Source: Paraspadella gotoi
Taxonomy: Eukaryota; Animalia; Chaetognatha
DNA: 64,000 bases
NCBI GenBank assembly: GCA_051294375.1
Contig: CM119267.1
Coordinates: 17,152,606 to 17,216,605, forward strand
Direction: 5' to 3'
In this document: positions 22,743 through 35,101 of the stretch, piece by piece
Layout of the letters: each line of letters starts with the position of its first letter
Position numbering within the stretch: the first letter of the stretch is position 1
Notes under the pieces: generated by a model
Told to the model about the DNA's origin: nothing
Seen by the model: the letters and a program-made list of their open reading frames with translations, nothing else
The model's database searches: none
Translations under genes and position numbers: made by a program

Positions 22743-24244
22743 ATGAAGCCCTTAATGCTGCACGGACACGAGAGATCGATCACACAGATCAAGTACAATC
22801 TAGAAGGAGACCTCTTGTTTTCTACAGCCAAGGTAATGATTAATTTTTTTTTGACCGATAGTTGAACCAGATCCGTCTTACTTAATCAAGCGAGCGAACT
22901 TTTTACATTCAAGGACAATCAGCCGAACGTCTGGTTTTGTATTAATGGCGAACGATTAGGGACCTACAGGGGTCACGGCGGAGCGGTATGGTGTCTCGAC
23001 GTCAATTACGATACAACCAAAGTCCTCACAGGTCGTTTTTTCAATGAATTACTTTTTATCCCCATTTATGTACTTGCATAAATCGACTTATTTTTGATAT
23101 GGACCTTTCAACTCATCAGGAAGTGCCGACAACACATGTCGGATTTGGGACGCCGAGACTGGCGTTCAGCAACATCAACTCGATACTAACACAGCCGTTA
23201 GAACCTGCGGCTTTTCCTATGGTGGACAGCTTCTATTCTTGAGCACTGACAAAGCTATGGGTCACCCCTGCGAAATTCAGGTCCGAATATATAAAATTTG
23301 AATAAAAAACAAAAACAAAATAAATAATTCAACACCTAATACTAGGTTTTCGATCTGAGAGATGAGATAAAGCTGGACAAACAAACTCCTATCGTCAAAT
23401 TTCCCATCACCACTCCTAAGATCACGTGTAAGTTGATGCGGATAGCCATCGTCTTAATCTTGATTCATTGATTTATTACCTTATGCCTATCTTCCACAGC
23501 GGCCCTTTGGGGAGAAATGGATCAGACTGTGATCGCGGGTCACGATGACGGAGAAATCTGCCACTACGACATGAAGACGCATTCCAAGACTTACTCCTCC
23601 AAGGATCACACTAAAACCATTTCCGACCTTCAGATTAGCCACGACAGTAAGTTTATTTTTGTCGCCATCTTTCTTACAATCTATTATGCTTTTTAACTAG
23701 GATTTATCTTTTCCCAGGGACGATGCTCATATCATCGTCGAAAGATTTCACAGCGCGACTCTTCGACGCCAAAACGTTAGAACCCATGAAGGTGATTCTA
23801 GTTCTGGATTGAATTCCAACAAAATATTTATCGCTGCATTCTTCGACCTACAGATCTACAAAACGGAGCGTCCCGTGAATTCGGCAGCGATTTCCCCGAT
23901 CCGAGAGCACGTGGTTCTGGGCGGTGGACAAGAAGCCATGGACGTGACGACCACTTCTACCAGAATCGGAAAGTTCGACGCCCGATTCTTTCACACGATC
24001 TTCGAAGAAGAGTTCGGCAGGGTCAAGGTGACGGCGAAGGGGAACTATGGGTCGAAGGGCTCGTAATGGTCAACCAACTGATTTTCATTTGAACTTTTGA
24101 TCTCGTATTCAGGGTCATTTCGGTCCTATCAACTCCGTCGCTTTCCACCCCGACGGAAAGAGCTTCTCCACGGGCGGCGAGGACGGTTACGTTAGGATTC
24201 AACAGTTCGACCCGAGCTATTTCGACTTCGAATTAGACTTTTGA
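22743..24244 (+). CDS. EIF3I: Translation initiation factor 3 subunit I (WD40)
   Basis: [31 protein letters not shown]; [12 protein letters not shown]; [12 protein letters not shown]; [25 protein letters not shown]; GGEDGYVRI. Confidence 0.97.
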
Positions 24245-24838
24245 ATGGAGCATTGTCTCGTCCGCTCTGCGTTGGCGGCTTCATCCGGAATTTTTCTCAA
24301 GAATAGAAAAATTAAACTTTTTTGTATTAGTATCAGATAGCTCCAGTGATGACAACGGGTTTATGATTTGAGTTGTGGCAAATTACGGTCTAAATTGGAT
24401 AAAGAAATTTTAGATTTTTTGCGATATTATTTCTTGTATTAGTATACGGAACCACCTAATTTTTAATATTTGAATTTAATTTAGACCTATTTTTTAAAGG
24501 TATTTGCTTCAGTCGATTAACCAGTTGCCATTTGTTAATTGAATTTAATCTAAATCGAGAATTCTGACAGTACATAGCTTCAAGCTTTTACTTATCCTCT
24601 CATTCTTTTTCCTTGTTTTATTTTACAGGTAGTCTTTCTATTGCCTTCGTTTGTTGTGACCCTCTTTTTTAATGCCGTTCTTGAGAAATACGAACAATGC
24701 AATGAAGCTGCTCCCAAATAAAAAATGTAAAGTTTTTTGAGCCACGTTCGTCGTTGCTATGGCGAAAACGCATCAACGAAAGGCGAAACCAGCATAGATT
24801 TTGGCCTCCGGAATTGCGTCAGGCGAATAGACTTCAAA

Positions 24839-27806
24839 ATGGACGAGGCCGTTGACAAACATCCGCATACCAAACTCGACGAAGTGAGGAAAAGGTAACA
24901 CATTTTAAGTGTCGTCGTAAAATATACGCTGCTAATGACGGGGTCATGTTAGTCAAAACTTTTTTGCTTTCATCCCGCAGAAGCCGGACACGCCGAGGTG
25001 GTAGCGATTCGGAGCTCGATGGAGATTCCAGTTTCAGTCTCGGGATGGCAGAGCAAATACTTCGCTCTTCCCCTGATAGGGTCAAGTCTCAAGTTTCTTT
25101 TGACTTGAAGATGAGGTACGTTCGCTTTAATTTTGTTCTGTCGTCAAGTTAAAATGAAGAATTAGATTACCTGCTTTATGATCCCATTTTTCTTCTTAAC
25201 TTATTACAAATTGAATAATTCCCAAAATAAAATTACTTCATAGAAGTTCAGAAGAACCGCAATCTTCAGTTGGAATGACGACCTTGATGGACGTAACCAC
25301 GGTGAAGACGAACGGACCGAACTCGAATGACAGGTATTTCGAGTTTAAAACGAAGCAACCGGTTGAAGTTAAACTGAAAATTGTTTTTTCTATTGGCGAC
25401 GTTTTTATTTAATTTTTTTTATTATTAATTCAGAGATCGAGATTTGCGACACATTGGTAAGAGCGAGTCCTGCCTCGAAGTTTTTAACGAGGTCGATTCC
25501 AACGCCTACCGAGGTCGAGCCACGTCTTATTCGTCCGACGTTTCGCCCGTTTTGATTCATCCCGACCGAACCAGTACAGGTAAGAGTACACCTCTTTTCG
25601 ACTTTTAATGTATTGGGGAGGACGTCAAAGACTTTTACTTAACCATTTACGACATTTAACGTGAAATGAGAGTTTTTAATAAAATTAGAGAACGGTGTAG
25701 AGATAAAATTTTTTTTAGAGTTCGGAGAAGCCTGGGGACGAAACTTCAAAGCTTGACAGTAATGTGGGGTCACGAGAGTTCATTTTCAATTCTTTTTTTT
25801 TTCATAAAAATCGAAGTTTTTGATCGACAGATGCTCAAAACGCCAGAATAAAGGATTTCGCGAAGAAGCGCTCACGCTCATTGTGTGCTCCTAGTCCCAG
25901 GATTGACTTTGGGCCGAAAGCCTCCATCATGAAATCTTGCTTAGGCTTTTATACCATGCAGGTGATTTAGCTTGAGATTGTTAAGGTTTCGTCAATGTTA
26001 CATTTCACAAGTATTATTAGCTGCCTTTTTTTGCCTTAATTGCCCTCGGTAGGATCCTTCAACGTTGAGATTAAATTGGGAAGTGGAGCCGGAGTCGGTG
26101 CTGGTGATCAAGAAACACTTGGACAACTCTATCATTTCCCTCTTTAAAGAAGTGCTTCATTTTCTCGTGGTGGAAAAGAAGTTGACAGTCTTCGTTGAAG
26201 AGTCGGTCGTTGAGGTATGCGGCGATTTTAAAACATTTAGTATTATCCAAAATCCCCTCGAAAATAATGTTTGCTCTCAGGACAACCTCGGCCAAGACCC
26301 TTCCTTCTCCAACATCAAAGACCAAATATCTTTGTTTTCGTCATCGATGGATTTGACGGATAAGATCGACTTGATCATTTGCATGGGGGGCGATGGCACT
26401 CTGCTTCATGCTAGCTCTATTTTCCAGAACAGCGTTCCACCTGTCCTCTCCTTCCACTGTGGTATGACTCCTTTCCATTTTTGGTTAGCGCAACTTTTTT
26501 TTTCCATTTTCAGTATAGAATTTTTTTTCCCCCTTTTTCTCAGGATCGTTGGGATTCCTAATGCCCTTCGACGTTTCCAACTTTCGATCGGACATCAATC
26601 GGACGCTGCGCGGAAACGTTCCCTTGATCCTTCGCTCCCGCCTCAAAGGAATGATGATTAAAAAAAGCGAGGTAGCGCCGTCGCCGCAGCATCGACAGCA
26701 TCTACTTCCTCCGTCTCCGGAGACGCCGACGCCGGAGGACAGCGCGGAGGAGCGCCCTCGGTCGACGAAGCACGTGGCGTTTAGCCACAACGCCGACAAC
26801 GCGGGCCTTGCCGAGTCGAAGAACTGGTTTCTCGTTTTGAACGAGATCGTGATTGATCGGGGGAATTCTGCCTACATATCCAACGTCGATTTATACCTCA
26901 ATGGGAGATTAATTACCAGAGTTCAGGTGCGGATTTTCCGATTTATTATGGACCAGATACAAACTACAAAGTTTATGACATCAGTTTATTTAACATTACA
27001 GGGTGACGGGTTGATAATTTCCACTCCGACTGGAAGCACAGCGTACGCCTTGGCGGCGGGGTCATCCATGGTTCATCCCTCAGTGCAATCTATCCTCATC
27101 ACGCCGATCTGTCCGCATTCCCTTTCCTTTCGTCCAATATCTGGTGAGTTTCCCCGCTTCCTTGGCTGGTGAAAGATTTCTTTCCTCGCGCAATTTCCTG
27201 TCCTTAGTTCCCGCCGGAGTGGAGTTGAAGGTCATGCTGAGCCCCGAAGCGCGAAACTCGGCCTGGGTTTCCTTCGACGGTCGAAGTCGTCAGGAGTTGA
27301 CCCACGGGGACGTATTACGTATTACAACCTCGGTTCACCCTTTCCCCTGCATCTCAAAATCAGGTTGGATCTTAGAACCTCGCCTTTTTTTGGTTTTATC
27401 GGTCTAATTTAATGACATCGTTCCTGTCTTGTTTCTATGATAATAAATACACGATGCTCACAGGGCTGAAAGGGAAAACAATAATATAAATAGACAATGT
27501 TTAATAATAACATGTATCGGTAAGTTTAGAGTCTTTGAGATTGTCCATGATATTGTCTCCATCACTGTCTCGCTAATACGCAGACCAATTGCACGACTGG
27601 TTCGAATCCTTAGCGAATTGCCTTCATTGGAACGTTCGACAAACTCAAAACAGATTCGACTTGGGTCCAGGAGGAAATGGATTACCGGGTTCCACGAGGT
27701 AAATACTTCCGTTTTATTTCGCTCTTTAAATTCTTCGTTAAGATATCGACCCCTTCCCATTTCACTTAGCAGCGGCTCCAGTTTGGATTCCGTGCATCTC
27801 TCTTAA
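24839..27806 (+). CDS. NADK: NAD kinase (start codon tentative)
   Basis: [10 protein letters not shown]; [15 protein letters not shown]; [10 protein letters not shown]; [20 protein letters not shown]; [12 protein letters not shown]; [15 protein letters not shown]. Confidence 0.92.
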
Positions 27807-28504
27807 ACTTTCTCTTCCACCGAACGCCGAGACGACGACACGCGGATTTCCGCGGCTCTGCCAGGGCCGCGATTTTTGCTTTAATATTAATTTTCTAAAA
27901 TAGTTCATGAATTTTGATATTTTATGGTTGGCATTAGTATTTATTATAGCGCGGGAAGATGTTAAGTCTCTGTCTTATGTAGGCGCGTTCGCTTTATTAC
28001 CCACGATTCTCTTGTGATCATGGTAGAAGTAGAAACGATAAACAAACTGTTAGATATATATATCTTCCATCTGATTTTTAATCCGATAGCCTCTTTGTTT
28101 TTATCTACTTTTTATATCTTTATACATTTTCAATCTATTTTACATTGTTATTGGCAGCTGAATATTGTTTTCTTTAAATATAAAGCTGAAACTTCTATTC
28201 TTTCCCCTTTTGACTACAGTACAATAAGTGGTGATATTGAAGTATTGTATTTTTTGATTTTCCTATTTTTCATGATAATTATCATGAAATTTTTTTTCTT
28301 GGCTTAGAATTTTATTCGGTCTTGTTGATTCATCGCGTCGTTACTTAATATCTGACATGAACTATTTTTCTGGGATTTTTGATTGTTTTTTACAGTGAAC
28401 ACCAGTTATATCCTCTCCTAGTCAAGACGGTATTTTTTTACTTCTATTGGCTTCGTTTCAGAAAAACTTCTAGTTAAAAATTTATCTTGACTCGACGCGG
28501 TGTA

Positions 28505-29463
28505 ATGTCGGCCAGCAACAGCTCACCCGGAACTCCCCGCTTGGCTCCGTCGCCGGCATTGCTGACTGATCGGCATGGGGATCGACACGGCGATCGCCAT
28601 GGCGATCGTCATGGCGATCGTCACGGTGATAGACACGCGGATCGTCATGCCGACCGTCACCACATGGAGCGATTGTCGCAATCGCACAACAGTTACGCCA
28701 ATGCCAACGGGGGAAATATTCATCCCGCTCTGCTTGCCGCCGCTGTTCAGAATCGAAGCAACGCGGGATCGCCGGCGATGTCCGCCAGCTTGTCGAGACA
28801 GTTGAGTCGTGACAAGTTTTCTACTTAGAGATTTTTGTCTGGAAGAAAATTAAGTGGCTTGCTACTTGCCGTTCAAAATTAAGCGAATTTCTTGCCTTTA
28901 TCAAATTATTTTTTTAATTGTTCTTATTTTTAGGTTGTCCTCGTCAAGTCTAACTTCTCAGCAACTATCGGCGCCTTACGCCGCCGCCGCTTTGGCAGCT
29001 GCATCACCTGGTTTAGGTCCGTCTAGTGACACTATGTATTCATATATCAAAGTAAATTATTCTACCAAAAATATTTAAATAATTTATCAGCCGCCGGGAG
29101 TTTGTTTGGTTCCCAAGTTGGCGCTCTTTCCGGATCATTGGGCATTCAGGGAACCACCCCAACTAATCAACACGGCCAACCTGCCCAGAGCAAATACGGA
29201 CAGGTGATGACCGAGATGTGTTTGCGATAATTTTGATATTCAAAGAAAACTTTGCCCTCTCGTTACTACGTACATTGTGTTTAACATGTACTAAATTCCT
29301 TATTTAACAGCTCCTCAGTGTCATCGAAGACATGGGAAAGGACATTAGACCAACTTACGCTTGTAGCAAATCTTCTGCCGAGAGACTCAAACGTGGAATC
29401 ATTCACGCGAGAATTCTCGTCCGGGAATGCTTAATGGAGATCGAGAGAAGTTCCAGGACGTGA
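28505..29463 (+). CDS. CDK2AP1: CDK2-associated protein 1 (DOC-1, NuRD subunit)
   Basis: C-terminus [52 protein letters not shown]. Confidence 0.9.
28575..28664 (+). repeat. Coding 12-bp tandem repeat encoding (HGDR)5(HADR)2HH
   Basis: catggggatcga cacggcgatcgc catggcgatcgt... read directly. Confidence 0.9.
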
Positions 29464-30178
29464 AAGGATTTGACTGCGCATGTTGTATTTTGTAGTCTCA
29501 CAACCTTCATCCATTGAGAGTTAAAAAGGAATTCTGAACTTCTCCTCCTTTTTTCTTATTTTAAACATAAATTTATTGAATTTGAAATTTAGAATTAGAT
29601 TTCATTGATATTCCGTGCTCATTACTTGAATTTCTTTGCGGAAAAATTTTTTTTCGATTTTCAGTAAATGTATTCATTGTATTTTCTGAAGGCGAATTCA
29701 AAGTGAAAGATATTTCTCGAATTTCTTTCCTTTTATTTTCTCTGTTCACCGAATTAAGCGTATTCAATCGAAGGAGAATCATCTTGAAATCTTAACATAA
29801 AACTCGCCTAGTGCTAGTGTGGTAAGTGAAAGTGAATGTGCCACAGATACTTTGCGATTGCGCGGGATAATGAAGGGTTCTTTTTCGATCATTTCTGTGC
29901 GGATTGTGATGGTTGCTTTTGTTGCCCAAACATTTAATCTTCTGTTTGACGACAAAAAACCTAACACTGACGAGGAAAGTACGAGAACGTCATCAGCAAG
30001 GATTTTTGATTACATTAACTATTTAATACTATATCTTTAAGTTTACCATCCAAAAAACTATTCAGTAATTGATTTAAGCGAGTCCGTCGTATGTTTTATA
30101 TAATTTTGAGTAGACTTTTTTTTCTCTTTAGATAGTATCTAGATATCGTCATAGTTTGTCAAGTGGACACAAACTAAA

Positions 30179-31627
30179 ATGGGAGTTCCTAAGCAAATGT
30201 ATAATCATGTCGCTGATGGGAGCGGAGATTTTCCACCAACTATTGGCGGTTAGAAAATATTTTTAAATTAAGTTAAAATGAATTAAGTAAAATTATTATT
30301 ATAAATTAAAACGTCATTGACTAAGTCATGTATAATACGTGAACATTTTTAGATGGCGCCTCAGACGTGGAAGACGCATTGATCGCGCCAAGTGAAGCCG
30401 GAAGTTCGGCGCCAGTCTCTCGCGATGTTTCGCCCTTCCCTCCGGCTCCTATTTTAGCCGCGCCGAGGAGGAGAGTCAGACCCAATCGTAACCTCGTTAG
30501 TGTGAGAATATTAAGTTTAGGCTACAAACAAACAAAGAGGCGATTTATTTCGATCATCAGCAAAATCGGGGATAAAGTTTAAGAAAGATCGTTGAACTCT
30601 CCTCAGTCTAAACCCATCGACGTTCGCGGACTCAGCGATCGACGGGTCGGGGTCCGCGCTGTGAGAAGAAAGCAGAACAACCAATTCTTGTTGACGCTAA
30701 TCGAAGAAGAGGAAGAGGGGCTGCCGGAGCTGAGGGAGCGATCCGGCGAAACTCCCTTCACCAAACTTTTTACCGAGGAGAAGAGCATGATGGCGTGGAG
30801 CGATTTCATCTCGATGTCGGAGGAACGACAGCGGGAATATCTCGAGCGTCTCGATGAAAGAGACGAAGATGCGGATATAAGGTGAAGGAATGTTTAAAAC
30901 TTTCTCGATTTTAATATACTGAGACTACCTGGTTGCACATTGCCATCCTGACCCGCAGTGGTTCCTCTTCTTCGGGCGATGGCGATTGGGAGCTTCTCGA
31001 TGGCCCATCTGTCTCGTCCCCAGATGCCTCGTCGCAAGATGACTCGTCGCGCGACGCTCGACGTCTGCATCCGGCGTCCGAATCGACCACGGCGGCGGAG
31101 GTTGCTTTCGCGTCGCCGGAAGCTTGTTTTCAACGCGTGGAGATGCGCTTTAGGGGCATGTTGCAGAAAAGGCATTTTCCGTTGGGGATTCTCGCATCTT
31201 TAGAAGAGGACCTGACTGAGTTTTTCAGGTCGGCGATGCGAATAAGTTATTTCGTTGCGTATTGAATTTAGCGCGTTTACAACTCTCCGATTTTGTTGTC
31301 CGTTCAGCGAATGTCCTCGATCCGTTTGGGTGTCCCGACTCAGTTCCAGTTACGAGCGACTTCTGCTTCACGCCCTTTGTCAGTATTTGGATCTGAAGTC
31401 ATCATCGTTCGACCGCGCGAAGGCTCGTCACACTCAGGTTTTTTTGGGTCAATACCGTATTGGCAAAGACTTTCAATTCTTCAATTGTCTCTCGTGTCAC
31501 TCGTTGGCAGGTGGAGAACCAAAACTTGGCCTTTAGTCCTCCAAAAAAAACATTGTGCCAACATCTGGAGGACATGAAAAAAATGAAGAGCCAGAAAAAA
31601 GAAACGATTACGAGTCACGAGGAGTGA
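30179..31627 (+). CDS. R3HDM4: R3H domain-containing protein 4
   Basis: GVRAVRRKQNNQFLLTL; MMAWSDFISMSEERQ; PEACFQRV; R3H LSSSYERLLLHALCQYLDLKSSSFD. Confidence 0.85.
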
Positions 31628-33743
31628 ATTTTTTATTTTTTATTTTTCTTTACATAAGTATATTTATATCAGAGATACTTTTTTTTGCTGAAGGCCAACT
31701 AGTCCAATGTTTTTATTAGATGAATTAATGGTTTTATATATACTTAGTACATATATATATATATATATATGAATGTGTTGCTTGTGTTAATAATTAGGGC
31801 ATATAGTTTGACATATGTACATTGTACAGGCATTTTTTATGAAGATATTTTGGTCACAAACAACGGTTTTTTAGTTGTTTTTTTAGAGAGGTTTAGTTTT
31901 TTTTAAGTCTTTTGGTATAAATGAAATTTCTTATTTATGACTCATATAAAAAACATTTCGTGTTCATCAAATTTAGATGGGTTTTAAAGGAGATAAATTT
32001 GATTAATCCAAACAGCAATCGTGTCAGTTTCTTTGTCCCCATGATCGATGAATTTTGATGGCCTTGTTGTTGGTTTTACGTATATTTTACACTATTAAAG
32101 CTGTTAAAACGCTAATTTTGATGTTCACGATGATGACATAGATGCTTTCTTTTCTTTTTGAATTAAAGTGAAAGAAACCACGCTCCCTTTTAGCTTTTGA
32201 ATTGTGTTTTTTTTTGTTTTTTATTTTTATGATTTCGGTTGGACTCGCCGTTTAACTTTTAAGTTATAATGAATTTTTATACAGAGTGTACAGAATAAGG
32301 CTGGCAGAGCGGTCTTATTATAAAACCGGAGCGAACAAATGCTCTTTTGCAGATAAACACTGCTCCAGTGCTCCTCACAAGAAACTTTACCGATATCAGT
32401 TCGCGATGGTTTTGAATTGTATTTCTTTTTGGTTTTTTATTATAAACTTACTTTCTTTTGCTGCCTCAGCCTAAAATGCCGACAAATGTAAGAAATGAAA
32501 TTCGAATTCTCTCTCTTTTTAGTGAATTTGATAATAATTCTTTGTTTCGGTTGAACTACCCTTTTCTACTAAAATATAGTAAATTAGATATGTCGCTCCG
32601 CGCTTAGAAAAAAATCCGAAAGAACGAAGCAGTTTCTGATAATTTTGGTTCCTAGCAATTTTTGCACCATTAGCGCAGTAAATATTACAAAACCTATGGA
32701 TAATTTCTGAAACTGCAGTGTTTGGGCTATCCAACGCAGCCGGAACAAAGAAAATCCATAAAGATTTTGACTAAAAAATACTGAAAATAAACACGGTGCT
32801 TAGTCTAATTTCCTTTTGAATTTTTTTTTATTTTGCGATATATATATATATATATACAGCGGTCATGCACTGATTCCGATTCTGTTGGTTTTAGCCTATC
32901 TTTCAAGCACATAACGTCAAAATTTATCATCATTTTTGTTTCTTACTGTTTTTGCCAAACATTCCCTTTAAAATTATAAAAATAAAGATTAGCTAATGAA
33001 ACTACAAAGTCTTAGGTACATTTCGTTGTCGGAACAAAGAAAATTCATTGATATCATAGTCTCAAAATGGAGCCTTGAAATACCTCATTTTCTTCGTAAT
33101 TTACCCCTTCATTGATAAAGGTCTTGTATTATAATAAAAAATGAAAACAACAATTTAATCATACAGCTACATGCATTAGCGTGTTATTGAAAGATTGTAG
33201 TGGTTTTTTTGATAAAAATTGTTTATATTAATATAGCTAAGGGGCAATATGCAAAGGTTTTAATTTGCACCTGAAGACGACCACAATTTAAAAATCTGAT
33301 AAGTCTTTTAGCCCTATGTCAGTAGTTTTTAAATCAGGGGGAACAAAGTTTCATATTTAAATCATATGTTTTTTAAGGTTGCTACATGATTTTTTACTTC
33401 TTTTTTTTTTAACAAAATGATAATTATTATCCTTAGTAATTATATAAACGTTTGAGTTATAGAAAATCTTTGTTTACATAAGAAACATAATTCAATCTTT
33501 TTTCTTTCAGAATCTTTATTTTTTTATATACGGCCAAAGTATGTTTAATTTAATTTCAAAAGTTGTTATACTTTTGACTAAGATTCCGATACAGAATAAA
33601 GAAAAAATCCTTTGAAACGTTTGAGAAAAATTATAAGGAAAATATGCCCCATAATTATGGCTTTAATATGATACCATTTCATCGTTCTATCATTTTTGGT
33701 TCAAAAGATATCAAAGAAAATCAATTTTTTTATTAACAATTAA

Positions 33744-34496
33744 GGGGACCAAGTGACCAGGGGGGGTAAAAAGCTGAAAGCATAACGTTTGACCCTTTAA
33801 CTTAAGCTGGTTATAATTATATGATTCTTATAATATATATAATATATATAATCATTTGGGAAAGTTGTTAAAAAATTTGATATAATCAGCTAGCTTAATT
33901 TTCTTTAAAAAATTGGTAAGAAAAAAATCTTTTTCAAATTTTAAATTTTTTTTTTTAAAAAGGGTAAGATCTAATTTTAAAAAGATTTTCAGCTTTTATT
34001 AAAAAAATTTATAAGAAAAAAAACTGGGAATGAATCAAAATTTAAGGTATCAACTGATTTTATTTAAATTTTTTTTTAAAAAGATTCTGTTAATTGGATA
34101 AAAATAAATTTTTAAATATAATAAAATAAATTTTTTATAAAAATAGAATTTAGTTTTCATTTTTCTGTTTTTAAGTGAATATAAAAATAAAAAAAATATT
34201 CATTTTATAAAGTGTTTGTTCAATGAGGCTTAAACCTAAAATTGTAGCTTTGTATAATAAAAATTAAAAATTTTAAATTTAATAAAAAATACTTTTGAAT
34301 GCAAAAATAGAATAATAGATCATATACATATATAGTTAGGATCAACTAAATTTTTTTTCATAATTATTAAATTTTTGTTTCTGCTACAATAAGAGATAGT
34401 CGTTGCACGGGAAAGTGGTTAAAAAATTATTATCATCATTCAAATTATTTTGATGATAAACCCTTAAACTTATATCATTTTTATCACTGGGTCCCC
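33744..34496. mobile_element. TTAA-flanked non-autonomous DNA transposon with GG...CC termini (Kolobok-like)
   Basis: ttaa|ggggaccaagtga ... tcactgggtcccc|ttaa; extremely AT-rich interior; purine termini fit Kolobok better than piggyBac (CC...GG). Confidence 0.75.
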
Positions 34497-35101
34497 TTAA
34501 GTCACTCGGTCGAAGCTAAAAATTTAAGTAGAACAAAAAAGAAAATTTAACGAACGCAAATTTGTTTTAAAAATTGGGCGTGAAAAATGACCATTTTTTG
34601 TAGATTATTTTTCAATTCGATTTGAAATGTTGCATCAACAATATTGACATCATTTCCTATCAGTAAATGTAAAAATATTTAAAATAACATTATAAACGAC
34701 CAAGTAACTTGCCTATATAAGTAAATTGTTCTACATTCGGGCTTTTAAGGTTTTAGGGCTGCTTGAGGTAAATGTCGCGCAATTTTATCAATATTTGGGC
34801 TTAATTGGGCAGCATAAAGAACACTGAGTTTAGTTATCCAGTATCTTCCCAACTTTATTTTGTAACCTTTACCACCCGTTAATGTAAATTACATTTAGAT
34901 GAATTCTTAACCGAGATGGCTATTTAGACGTTCTTGGCTGAGGATGACTGCGCCAATCATCAATCATCACACTTTAAGCTCCTCCTTCTCGGTGCCCTTT
35001 TTGCGACGTCTCGTTAAACCCGCGCTTCCGAATCGAGTCGCACAGCGAACGCAAAATAATAAATACGCAAAATCTCATAACTGTGTGAACCTCCTCTGAC
35101 A

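Noticed and set aside
26065-27172. Long NADK ORFs reading through introns as protein insertions
   Set aside because: Short 3n stop-free introns with normal GT-AG ends are expected by chance.
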